From contig CAVRFW010000005.1 of assembly GCA_963720565.1 (NCBI GenBank), positions 288,001-352,000 on the forward strand: 64,000 bases of DNA, in the 5' to 3' direction. Below, piece by piece: positions 1-9,054 of the stretch. The notes beneath the pieces are model-generated. The model made no database searches and was not told the origin of the DNA. It was given only the letters and a program-made list of their open reading frames with translations. Source of the DNA: Candidatus Bathyarchaeota archaeon. Its GTDB lineage: Archaea; Thermoproteota; Bathyarchaeia; Bathyarchaeales; Bathycorpusculaceae. Positions within the stretch are counted from its first letter, which is position 1. Every line of letters starts with the position of its first letter. A program made the translations under genes and the position numbers.

Positions 1-373
1 GATAGAGTCACTTGCAAGGTTCAACAGCTTGACGCAGGAAGTTGAAAAGGAAAAGAGAATGTCGGTTCGCCCTTACGTAATGATGCCGTACTTAGCGTCA
101 ATCTTGCTTGTGGCAACAACCATCATGATGATGAGTTTCACAACCGGCACGCTAACCGTTGGTATGCCTGGGCAGTCAAGTACACCTAAAGATTACAGCA
201 TGATGAAAACGATATTCATGACTTCAGTGATTTTCCACAGCTACCTCATAGGCATTGTAGGTGGAAAGATAAGTGAGGAATCAGTTGCCGCCGGATTCAA
301 GCACGGCACAATACTGGTTATAGTAGCATTAGCAGCGGCAAAAATCATCCCAATGTTCATAAACCTTGGATAG
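1..373 (+). CDS. Type II/IV secretion system F-family (TadC/FlaJ-like) membrane platform protein, 3' part only
   Basis: Frame is open from the window edge (IESLARFNSLTQEVEKEKRMSVRPY...). It has three hydrophobic segments and ends GIVGGKISEESVAAGFKH, typical of archaeal TadC/FlaJ C-termini. Directly upstream of pilin-like genes. Confidence 0.8.
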   Translation, partial: IESLARFNSLTQEVEKEKRMSVRPYVMMPYLASILLVATTIMMMSFTTGTLTVGMPGQSSTPKDYSMMKTIFMTSVIFHSYLIGIVGGKISEESVAAGFKHGTILVIVALAAAKIIPMFINLG

Positions 374-386
374 GAGCGGAGAAGAC

Positions 387-1256
387 ATGCAAATGGGTCA
401 AATTCAGAGTTTCCGGAGGGACAAGAGGGCGATTAGCCCTGCCATTTCAACTGTAATACTGACCAGTGCCGTGGTAGTGATGATTCTCGTAGCGATGAGC
501 TTTGCAAACACCATGATAGACTCACGTTTGGCAGAAAATGAATTCAGCGCTAACAAGCAGTTCATGCTCACAACAGCACTTCAAATTGACGATGTTGCAT
601 GGACCATTGGACGTACGCAAACACTTCGCTATTCGAGCATTGTGGGAAACATGAAGTCTGAGAACGCCACATTGAGATACACGTTCGAAGTAGATTACGG
701 TACAGGATCGTTTGACCCCGACCCACTCTTTATCCAAGAAACGGGCATTATTCTTTTCAACATTCCTGTTAGCTCGTACTCGTTGGGCAACGGTTATTTC
801 CAGCGCATTTCAACTTCATCTAATGGTTCCATTCTGCAAGAAGGTGCATCGGCACCTGTAAGCGATGTATTTTGTGTTGAGAGACTGCCAATGACAGACG
901 GAAGTTACGCAAGAATAGTTGTGGTTCCCAAGATAAGATTATTGCATTCTACAATAGGGTCGACGCTGGGCTCAACGAATTATGAGAGATTTTATCTTCC
1001 AATCCTCATCAATGGAAGACACCTCTACCAATCGCAATCCATAACTCTATCCGGAGAAGGTGTCACAAAAGTCATAGAGAGTGGAATCAGCCGGGTTCGA
1101 ATTAATGTCACTTCCACGTTTAATGGAGAGGCATTAGGATTTAATTCCAGTTTCTTCAAGTTTGACCAGACTAGTGAAACCATCAGCTTCTCCAACACTA
1201 ATTCCGTTGTCGAATTCTACATCGGCAGAGTACTCGTTAAGATAGGCCAAGCATAG
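387..1256 (+). CDS. Pilin-like protein with class III signal peptide
   Basis: N-terminus RRDKRA|ISPAISTVILTSAVVVMILVAMSFA: basic leader, A|I-S cleavage site, hydrophobic helix. Start moved to ATG 387. Confidence 0.75.
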   Translation: MQMGQIQSFRRDKRAISPAISTVILTSAVVVMILVAMSFANTMIDSRLAENEFSANKQFMLTTALQIDDVAWTIGRTQTLRYSSIVGNMKSENATLRYTFEVDYGTGSFDPDPLFIQETGIILFNIPVSSYSLGNGYFQRISTSSNGSILQEGASAPVSDVFCVERLPMTDGSYARIVVVPKIRLLHSTIGSTLGSTNYERFYLPILINGRHLYQSQSITLSGEGVTKVIESGISRVRINVTSTFNGEALGFNSSFFKFDQTSETISFSNTNSVVEFYIGRVLVKIGQA

Positions 1257-1272
1257 GAATGGAGGGCGATTT

Positions 1273-1758
1273 TTGACCCAGATTACAATCGAATACATGA
1301 TTATGGCGCCTGTTTTGATAATGATGATATTTCTTTTACCGTTTACAGCCAATTTGATTATGAACGGCTGGGCGGATTCGCGCATGACTCTGGCGCTTAA
1401 GGAAACGGGAGGATACTTGGGTAGTTCAATAGAGCAATTTTATTCTTCCTTGAGTCATGAGTCTGTGAAAGCTGGCATCATAAAGAATGAGTTGGATACT
1501 CCGCCTTTCATAGAAGGTTACGCCTATTCGGGAAACGCTACATTAAGCCCTGTTTCAGAAACTGCTTCGAGTTATAGCAAAGTTTTGCACTTAACATTGA
1601 GTTTCATTGGTAGCAAAATAACGACTACAACCTCTGTGATACTGGGATCCAATGCCCAGTGGACCCCATCAACATTCATAAGCAACTCCACTGGCAATTG
1701 TCTAAATGCCGAAAAGATGTCAAATGGCACAATCCGATTTTGGTTTGGAGAAGATTAG
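1273..1758 (+). CDS. Small pilin-like protein
   Basis: MTQITIEYMIMAPVLIMMIFLLPF resembles a mature QxxxE pilin N-terminus followed by a hydrophobic helix. Operonic position. Confidence 0.65.
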   Translation: MTQITIEYMIMAPVLIMMIFLLPFTANLIMNGWADSRMTLALKETGGYLGSSIEQFYSSLSHESVKAGIIKNELDTPPFIEGYAYSGNATLSPVSETASSYSKVLHLTLSFIGSKITTTTSVILGSNAQWTPSTFISNSTGNCLNAEKMSNGTIRFWFGED

Positions 1759-1760
1759 AC

Positions 1761-2984
1761 TTGGTGAGCTCAACAACGGATCATATGGCTGCTATCACGA
1801 TTTTTCTAGCTGCCACACTGCTTTTCATTGGCCTTTTCAACGATACTATTTCGACAGCAGTTGTTTACCAACGTAACAGAGCAGTCGCCATAAAAGCTAC
1901 CAATCTATTGGACAACATTCTTTTGAACCCTGGGATTCCGGATAATTGGGGACAGATCGACAGTCTACCTTCAGGTTTTGGTCTACAAGATCCCGAATTT
2001 ACACAGTACAAAATTAGTTCCCTTTCCCTTATGCGTCTGAATTCTGCAAGCGGGACAGTTGTTTTCTATCCAAAAACTGGAAATTACTACAGCAACATAA
2101 CTATGGGCACCAAAAACTTTCTGCTATTATCGCAAAACAGCGTTCTTAATTATTCTACCGCGTTGGAGCTTTTAGGAATCAGAAACCAATATGGTTTCCA
2201 GCTTTCCTTCAATCCGATTGTGACCGTTTCCGTTACAGAAGCACAGAGAGATAGCCCACTGCGTCTGTCCTTGAGTGTATATGGAACCGGGTTTCCATTA
2301 GCGAACGCGCATGTGACCTATTGCTTAGTAACAGTTGATTTGACTGGAGGCGCCGAGGGTCACCCTGCCTACTTCACTGAGTATGGAACCCGTACCGCAG
2401 ATGAAACAGGTTTTGTCACATTGACCTTCGACCAAGTTAGCGATCCCAATCAGAGTTATGCGTTGATTGCCTATGCTAGCCTCAGCGGTTTGACAGGAGT
2501 AGGATACTATGAGCGCGTTTCTTCAGAGGACGAGTATGTACTTCCTCTTATTGACAACGTGGCGGAGGGCAAAATCTTAATCGCGCACAGTTATGACCTC
2601 GAGTATTCTGATCCTCCGAGTTCTGAAGTGCAATATAACGCATCACTTGTTTACTTGGCGGAAGATTTCACATTGCGCGAAATGCCTTTGGAGAACTCCT
2701 ACGGCCATGTTAATTCGGGTGAAGGTTATCCCTATGAAATCGTCAACATTCCGACGGATAATCCGGGAATCTTGATAATTACCTATAAGAAGAGTTCAGT
2801 TGAAGGAGGAATAGTCATGATGCCTTGGGGAGTTAGTTCTATGGCTTTCCCAGTCAAATTTGGCGGTGATCCTTCACAGTATGAGTGGGTTGCTACAGAC
2901 ATGCGTCAGGTCACAATTGGTAACATCGCGTACCAAGCAAGTATTGCAGTATGGAGTATGGAAGGGTATCAGGTGATGGGCTAG
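1761..2984 (+). CDS. Pilin-like / membrane-anchored surface protein
   Basis: Likely start TTG 1761 just after the upstream stop. N-terminal hydrophobic helix, then NLLDNILLNPGIPDNWG and a beta-rich extracellular region. Confidence 0.6.
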   Translation: MVSSTTDHMAAITIFLAATLLFIGLFNDTISTAVVYQRNRAVAIKATNLLDNILLNPGIPDNWGQIDSLPSGFGLQDPEFTQYKISSLSLMRLNSASGTVVFYPKTGNYYSNITMGTKNFLLLSQNSVLNYSTALELLGIRNQYGFQLSFNPIVTVSVTEAQRDSPLRLSLSVYGTGFPLANAHVTYCLVTVDLTGGAEGHPAYFTEYGTRTADETGFVTLTFDQVSDPNQSYALIAYASLSGLTGVGYYERVSSEDEYVLPLIDNVAEGKILIAHSYDLEYSDPPSSEVQYNASLVYLAEDFTLREMPLENSYGHVNSGEGYPYEIVNIPTDNPGILIITYKKSSVEGGIVMMPWGVSSMAFPVKFGGDPSQYEWVATDMRQVTIGNIAYQASIAVWSMEGYQVMG

Positions 2985-2985
2985 T

Positions 2986-4290
2986 ATGATGCGCACAATA
3001 GAAGTTTTGATCGTGATAGCTATTATGGCTGGTGCTTTCATGGCAGTGTCTTACTTTGCGGTTTTACCTACGCCGAGGGAAGTTGCGCCTGAAAGTCTTA
3101 GACGTTTATCATTCACAACTTTACAGATGTTAGATTCGAACTACGACCTGAGCACAGCCGCTTTTGATGAAGATAACTCTGCAGTTTGGAGTCAGCTGCA
3201 AGTTGCACTTTCCGCTTCCTTACCGCCAAACGTCGTTTACAATCTGACAGTCTATGAAGTAGGCGGTAGCGCAGGCAATGCCGAGTTGTACACTACCTTA
3301 ACCACTATTTCAAACACCGAGAGTATAGGCGCAACTTCAGACGCTTCTTCCTATATGACTTCCTCTTCAAACGTAACTTTCAATGTCATTCCTGAAAAAA
3401 TAGGCGAGCACAGCGGTGGCGGAACACTTTACATCATGAACTGCAGCGACGCACCAGGCTGGTGGGTTACAGGCTACACGGCACAAAGTCTGTCCCAAGA
3501 TCTTTACAAAATGCTTTCACCATACTTCTGTCAAACAGTGATGGTTCAGAGCACAGCAGAATTCGCCCAAATATTGGATGGAAACAGTCTTCATGGAGAA
3601 ACTCTTCAAAACGCCGTAGTCATAAATACTTGTGGAGAAGCTGTACCTATCCCATCATCATATGCAGATTTGTACAATGACAACTCATATGCAGAGTACT
3701 TCTATGAAGTAGGTAAAAGAGTCAATCAGTACAACTGGACTTGGACAAGCATAGTGGGTTGGCCTTTTTACTACGTCAGCAACACTGTCAAATTCTCAAG
3801 CAGCCAAAACAGCTGGGGAATCTATGGGACGGTCCAAGTAGGCAATCCTGGTTTAAACGCGTTTCTACAAGGTTTGGACAATCGAACATCATACACGCCT
3901 GGCAGTAGTTCGACTAGTAACCCCGGAGTTGTTTACTTATCTACGAAAGTCTTGGATAGCAGCAACTACTACGGCATTTATCCTTCGCCATATCAAACGT
4001 CAACAAGAGCATTGCCCACATCAATTCTTGCCAATTACAATCTAGCGGTAACTACTCACGTCTTTAACCCCTCTGGGGGCTCGATTCCAGCTGCTGTATA
4101 TCGACACAGGGGAACGAGCGGTTATCAAGGTGGGTTCTACGCGATAGGTCTAACACGAACACCCGATATCAGGCTTGCTGCTCTGGGTCTTTTAGCGGAT
4201 TACCAGCCTAGACTTTACCGTTCTGAGTACACAATCTTCGGGACTTCCAGGCTTGTCGTTTTGCAACTTGGATTGGTGGGAGATATCTAA
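2986..4290 (+). CDS. Pilin-like / surface protein
   Basis: MMRTIEVLIVIAIMAGAF: Glu near +5 followed by a hydrophobic helix. S/T/Y/N-rich body. Abuts both neighbours. Confidence 0.6.
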   Translation: MMRTIEVLIVIAIMAGAFMAVSYFAVLPTPREVAPESLRRLSFTTLQMLDSNYDLSTAAFDEDNSAVWSQLQVALSASLPPNVVYNLTVYEVGGSAGNAELYTTLTTISNTESIGATSDASSYMTSSSNVTFNVIPEKIGEHSGGGTLYIMNCSDAPGWWVTGYTAQSLSQDLYKMLSPYFCQTVMVQSTAEFAQILDGNSLHGETLQNAVVINTCGEAVPIPSSYADLYNDNSYAEYFYEVGKRVNQYNWTWTSIVGWPFYYVSNTVKFSSSQNSWGIYGTVQVGNPGLNAFLQGLDNRTSYTPGSSSTSNPGVVYLSTKVLDSSNYYGIYPSPYQTSTRALPTSILANYNLAVTTHVFNPSGGSIPAAVYRHRGTSGYQGGFYAIGLTRTPDIRLAALGLLADYQPRLYRSEYTIFGTSRLVVLQLGLVGDI

Positions 4291-7103
4291 TGAAAAGGTT
4301 TGAAAATAACATAAGAGGTCAGTTCTCAATTATCGCAGCCCTACTCGTTGCGGTTGTCCTGATTGCAGCCGTAATGAGTACATATTCTACCATTCGATAC
4401 GGCACAATGCAGGATCAGCCTCAAGTGATGAGTTCGGTAGACGAAATGAACTTGGCACTCAAACAGGTTGTAGGATTTACAGTAGGCTATTATGGCTCAG
4501 TCCTGCAAGTAACAGGCAACACGTCATATGCGAGGCAATTGGCCTCCAACTACCTGCAAAGTGGTTTGAGAAACATAGGCGACATAAGACCTGAATGGGG
4601 AGCTTCATTTAGTGTCGATGTTCTAAACTTGAGGACAAACTGGTTCTCGAACAAAAGCTACAGTTCAGGAAACTTGGCCATTACGTATAATTTGACAGGA
4701 ATAGGCTTGTACAACATGACATACTTTGCATCATCTAGATTGGACGTGGAAGTTTTCGAGTCTTCTTCAGATCAAGCATTGCTGAGCGTAACCAAAGATG
4801 AGAGTGAGCCACTGATCAGTTTGTCTAAGCAGAACTTGCGCTTCTACCACTACGTCAACTCTGAATCAATGTGGGAACTATTGACTCCAAGTGCTAACCC
4901 CATAGTCTATGCAAACGGCACTTACATCATCACTGTTCCCGCTGGAGTAGATCCTGACTCATATCTCATAAAGATTGAGGACCAGAGAGGAATAATAGTT
5001 GTGGCTTCATCTTTTGGCAGCTACAAATCTACAATACAAAACGGCACATATTCCATTGCAGATTATGTAGACACAAACGATTCAGATGTGGATTCGTCGG
5101 CGGACAAAGGCACTCAATCGGGTTTTGCTGCTCAACAGTCAGCGCCCGACACGGTCTACGATACACTAACCGAGATCAACTATGGTGGTGGTTTGTCCAA
5201 TGCGACGCTGATTGATGCTGAATCTTTCGAAGGAACTTGGCAACCATCAGGATGGAGTTACGAAAGTAACTGGAACAGAGAAAGCAATCGAAAATATCAA
5301 GGCACTTATTCTGCGGACTTCGATGGATCTGGATCGGGAAGCCTGTACACTCCGGTATTAGATTGTTCAAATGCGGTGGCAATATACATAGATTTTTGGT
5401 TCTATGATGAAGGTTGCGCGAACGATGGATTTAGACTATATTATCACGATACATCTGGGTGGGTCCAAATTGTCCAATTAGGAGCATATACTGAAAATCA
5501 ATGGGTTCACTATCAACAAAAAATCACAGAGAGTAGATATTTTGTAAATAACTTTCAAGTGCGGTTCCGTGCGTCAAGCCTTTCGAGCGGTCAACATGCT
5601 TACGTTGATTTTGTAACAGTTAAAAAAGAATTGGAAACCTCTAGTTTCCAGTTGGACCTTGAAGAGCAATTTATAAACGTCAACTATACTGATCCCAATC
5701 AAGATCTTTGCATTAAGGCAAGTTCATTAGGCTCTGAACCCTTGAGGATTGATGCGTGGACCGGTAGCACATGGGTTAACATTGCTTCACTTACTGGACT
5801 AGTCAACGGATGGAAGAACGTATCCGTCGCTTCATATCTAACTTCCTCGACTTTCACCTTCAGATTTAAAGGATCCAGCGAAGCCTTGGATTCCAGCCAA
5901 GACTCTTGGAAAATAGACTCTGTGTTGCTGGGTCCTCATCCTGACTTCAGCTTCTCCTTGCCACAGCGAGACTCAACAATAGTTGTAGAATGGCTGCAGA
6001 ATGGCACGATGAGATTTCTAGGGCAAAACTTAGAAATGACCACAGAGACAAAAGCCATTCCTCCAATTTCCGTTAAGGCCTTGCATCTGAAGCAGACCCG
6101 AAACGGTGTGAGCCAGGAAGTGCCTTTCCAAGTCGAAGATTGGGCATCAGAATACAGAATTCCAATGGGCTTAACAAGTAATTCAACGGTTTTTTCCAAC
6201 AGCCAAATGATTGTTTTTCTCTTAGACAACAGTGTATCGGAATTTACACTCTGGTGGGATGGAAGTGACGAAGCCATTCAAACATCCTTAGCATACACTA
6301 ATCGATACTTCACTGACAATCCCTCCACCAGAACACTAAGCAACGGTCAACTTGCACTCCAATTCGCTGGATCCGGTTTCACGGTGACGTCAACAGCCCC
6401 TGGAGGCACATCGAGTACCACAAGATTAATGCGTGTCAATAACCAGGATGACGGTACGGATCCCGAGTTGGCATACGTCATATACAATGGTGTGATCAGA
6501 GATATCATTCAGGGTGAACCAGAATACTCTGGGGGTGCGGTAAACTGCCCAAACATTTACGCCAATGTCGTAATAACCTTACCAGCTAACGCGACATATT
6601 ACACGTACCAGCTCAGGTTCATGTTCTTAGATTCAGCACAAACCAGAAGCATCACAAACCTATGTCCGATTAGACTATCAACTTCTTTCAGCTCGCTTCA
6701 GACTGAAAACGGAACAGCAAACGGCAGTCCAATCGTAGCGACTGGAGCAGGTACATTCTACAATTCTTCAGCCAGTTCTGCATTGCATCATTGGAGCCAG
6801 ATGATTTCCGGCGCACAGGGTGCAGGAATCATGTTCACGGATACTGCAAACCAGAGACTATACGCCTTCGACTATACAACGCCTGGAACCCCGACAGGAG
6901 CATTGAAAACAAACAATGGCTTAATCGAACTTTTGCCCGTGACTCTAAGGAATGTTGAATTCAGTTATCCAATGGACATAGTTTGGCGTGGCGCTGTGGT
7001 CACATTCGGTAGCACAACTCCGATTTATCAAACCAGCGATGGAAGTGGTCTGTGGGTCCTTGTCGAATATCCGCCAACAATCACAATGACTGCAGAGAAG
7101 TAA
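4290..7103 (+). CDS. Large pilus-associated adhesin-like protein with class III signal peptide (937 aa)
   Basis: MKRFENNIRG|QFSIIAALLVAVVLIAAV is a class III signal. Internal Trp-rich jelly-roll-like modules and many N-x-S/T sequons. Confidence 0.7.
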   Translation: MKRFENNIRGQFSIIAALLVAVVLIAAVMSTYSTIRYGTMQDQPQVMSSVDEMNLALKQVVGFTVGYYGSVLQVTGNTSYARQLASNYLQSGLRNIGDIRPEWGASFSVDVLNLRTNWFSNKSYSSGNLAITYNLTGIGLYNMTYFASSRLDVEVFESSSDQALLSVTKDESEPLISLSKQNLRFYHYVNSESMWELLTPSANPIVYANGTYIITVPAGVDPDSYLIKIEDQRGIIVVASSFGSYKSTIQNGTYSIADYVDTNDSDVDSSADKGTQSGFAAQQSAPDTVYDTLTEINYGGGLSNATLIDAESFEGTWQPSGWSYESNWNRESNRKYQGTYSADFDGSGSGSLYTPVLDCSNAVAIYIDFWFYDEGCANDGFRLYYHDTSGWVQIVQLGAYTENQWVHYQQKITESRYFVNNFQVRFRASSLSSGQHAYVDFVTVKKELETSSFQLDLEEQFINVNYTDPNQDLCIKASSLGSEPLRIDAWTGSTWVNIASLTGLVNGWKNVSVASYLTSSTFTFRFKGSSEALDSSQDSWKIDSVLLGPHPDFSFSLPQRDSTIVVEWLQNGTMRFLGQNLEMTTETKAIPPISVKALHLKQTRNGVSQEVPFQVEDWASEYRIPMGLTSNSTVFSNSQMIVFLLDNSVSEFTLWWDGSDEAIQTSLAYTNRYFTDNPSTRTLSNGQLALQFAGSGFTVTSTAPGGTSSTTRLMRVNNQDDGTDPELAYVIYNGVIRDIIQGEPEYSGGAVNCPNIYANVVITLPANATYYTYQLRFMFLDSAQTRSITNLCPIRLSTSFSSLQTENGTANGSPIVATGAGTFYNSSASSALHHWSQMISGAQGAGIMFTDTANQRLYAFDYTTPGTPTGALKTNNGLIELLPVTLRNVEFSYPMDIVWRGAVVTFGSTTPIYQTSDGSGLWVLVEYPPTITMTAEK

Positions 7104-7429
7104 CACGAACCCAACAAATCCCTCACTAATTCCACAGCAGTTCAAAAGCATATGGCTGAAGAAAACGCAACCGGTTTTGATTAGCACTCCACCAATGGCA
7201 TTAACAAATTCTGCCCATAGAATTTGACTATTACCATCTAGCAGTCCCACTGCAACAGCGACTGCAGACACCCAAAATACCCATATTTGAACCCCCAGTC
7301 AAGTGGAGATGTCTCCCGCAAAACCCCTTCTTCTCCCTTGAAAAATCGAATATAATTTTGCCTAGACTCCTCATAGATTCCCATAGATTTGGAGGCGTTA
7401 CCCTGCGGCGTCAAAACATGTGTCATTAA

Positions 7430-7455
7430 CGGTGTCATATACGTATATCACACCG
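7430..7455. promoter_or_regulatory. 26-bp near-perfect palindrome (candidate protein-binding site)
   Basis: CGGTGTCATATACGTATATCACACCG is self-complementary except for one pair. It lies in the ~790-bp intergenic gap. Confidence 0.45.
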
Positions 7456-7889
7456 ACCCACAAAAATGGCTGGGGACAAGACCAAACTATTAAACAATGA
7501 ATAGTAGACACCCGACGGAAAATGACGGACAAGCGCGCTCGAAAGACCTCTTATGTTGATGCATGTGGTGGGATTTGAAGCTTAAACGATTCGGAAGTCA
7601 AATCTCGTCTTAGCAAAGTTGATGAAGAAAATAGCTTTCTGACTCTGCAAACGCGCGTAGTACAAACAGATCCAATATTTATCATCAATCCAACCAGAAA
7701 ACGGAGCAAGCAACAATTTTTTTAAAAAGTGCTCAATGGGAAGACAAGCTGACATCAACAACGGGCGCAACAACTAGATGTTTTCGGATCTTTTCGGTTC
7801 ATTTTATGGTTCCAATTCGAAGCTGACGGCAAAATCTTAAAACCCAGTATAAGAATAAGTCAGACATCATTTAACAGTCCTGAAGGTGT

Positions 7890-8714
7890 ATGGCAAGTTT
7901 GCAGATTGTCCTTACGTCCGCAAGAGTAATAATTTCACTGGTCTTCCTTCTTTATGCATCTTGGAGTGATTACAAAACCAGAGAAGTGTCAAACCGGGTC
8001 TGGATGTTCTTCGCACCATTAGCGCTTATGCTTTCTCTTGCAGAAATGCTTCTTTTTAACCAGGCAAAACTCTCAGGATTTGGGTTAAGCTTCGTCGTGA
8101 CAACGGTTATTGCACTGCTATTGTTCTACGCGGGAGCCTTCGGCGGAGCTGACTCAAAAGCGCTTATCTGTATCTCTCTCGCGTTGCCTTTCGCTCCAGA
8201 AGATTTGTTTACCCCTGTTCTATACGGTGGGGTTTCTCCCTTGGCTCAAAACATCTATCCATTCACAATCCTCAGCAACTCTGTTCTTGTTGCAGCTGCA
8301 AGCGCAGTTGTAATGTTGTTGCTGAACGCTAAATGGCGTCTGAACACCGGAAAAAATATTTTTGAAGGAACATTAGCATCTGAATCTATCGGAAAAAAAA
8401 TCCTCGTTTTGGCGACGGGCTATAAGATGCCTATTGTCAGGCTGCAGGAGAAATGGCATATTTATCCATTGGAAGACATTCAAGAAGAAGACAGCAAGAA
8501 CGCGCCTACCAGAAAACTAGTAGTCATGCCGCGAGATGAAGGACGGCAAGAAATAGTTGAACGTCTCTCTAGAGCAGCGGACACAGGAAAAATCGACGCT
8601 TATGTGTTAGCTACGCCAGGCTTGCCGATGCTCATATTCATAACCGTCGGATTGCTAATAGCCTTGCTTTTTGGAGATATGGTCTGGCTACTAATCCGAT
8701 GGTTCCTCGGCTAA
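7890..8714 (+). CDS. Prepilin/preflagellin peptidase (A24, FlaK/PibD-like)
   Basis: Catalytic motifs ASWSDYKTREV and FGGADSKAL, multiple TM helices, and a C-terminal TPGLPMLIFI motif. Confidence 0.9.
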   Translation: MASLQIVLTSARVIISLVFLLYASWSDYKTREVSNRVWMFFAPLALMLSLAEMLLFNQAKLSGFGLSFVVTTVIALLLFYAGAFGGADSKALICISLALPFAPEDLFTPVLYGGVSPLAQNIYPFTILSNSVLVAAASAVVMLLLNAKWRLNTGKNIFEGTLASESIGKKILVLATGYKMPIVRLQEKWHIYPLEDIQEEDSKNAPTRKLVVMPRDEGRQEIVERLSRAADTGKIDAYVLATPGLPMLIFITVGLLIALLFGDMVWLLIRWFLG

Positions 8715-8731
8715 AACGTAGCTACTTTAAC

Positions 8732-8941
8732 TTAGAGATTCTGCGGAACGTAGTCTTTGCTCCGCTTCGAGTAAGATATTGATGCAGCAGTCATCAAGAC
8801 CGAGCCAAACCCAAGAAACGTTAAAGCGTAGCCTCTATATGGGTAACTGAAGCTTAAACTTAGAGATACGGATTCAGTTCCCGCTGAGTAAGAATAGAAA
8901 AACGAACTTGCTACGAACAATACTATCGCTGTTAGTAGCAA
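8732..8941 (-). CDS. Small two-TM membrane protein
   Basis: Two hydrophobic segments flanking YPYRGYA. Fills the gap between genes. True start uncertain. Confidence 0.55.
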   Translation of the reverse strand: MLLTAIVLFVASSFFYSYSAGTESVSLSLSFSYPYRGYALTFLGFGSVLMTAASISYSKRSKDYVPQNL

Positions 8942-9054
8942 ACAGATTTCAGCTTTGAACTTCGAATCAACCCTCTCCTACTTCAGATTACACCAAGTTC
9001 TTGAAGAGTCTGAGATTATAATCGCAAAGGTTATTTTAGCTTTGCGGAGAATAG

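Noticed and set aside
1..7103. Archaellum (flagellar) operon
   Set aside because: No archaellin-like sequences or FlaF/G/H genes in the visible part.
7238..7773. Short ORFs 7238-7438 and 7582-7773
   Set aside because: No recognisable motifs or clear translation signals. Probably non-coding.
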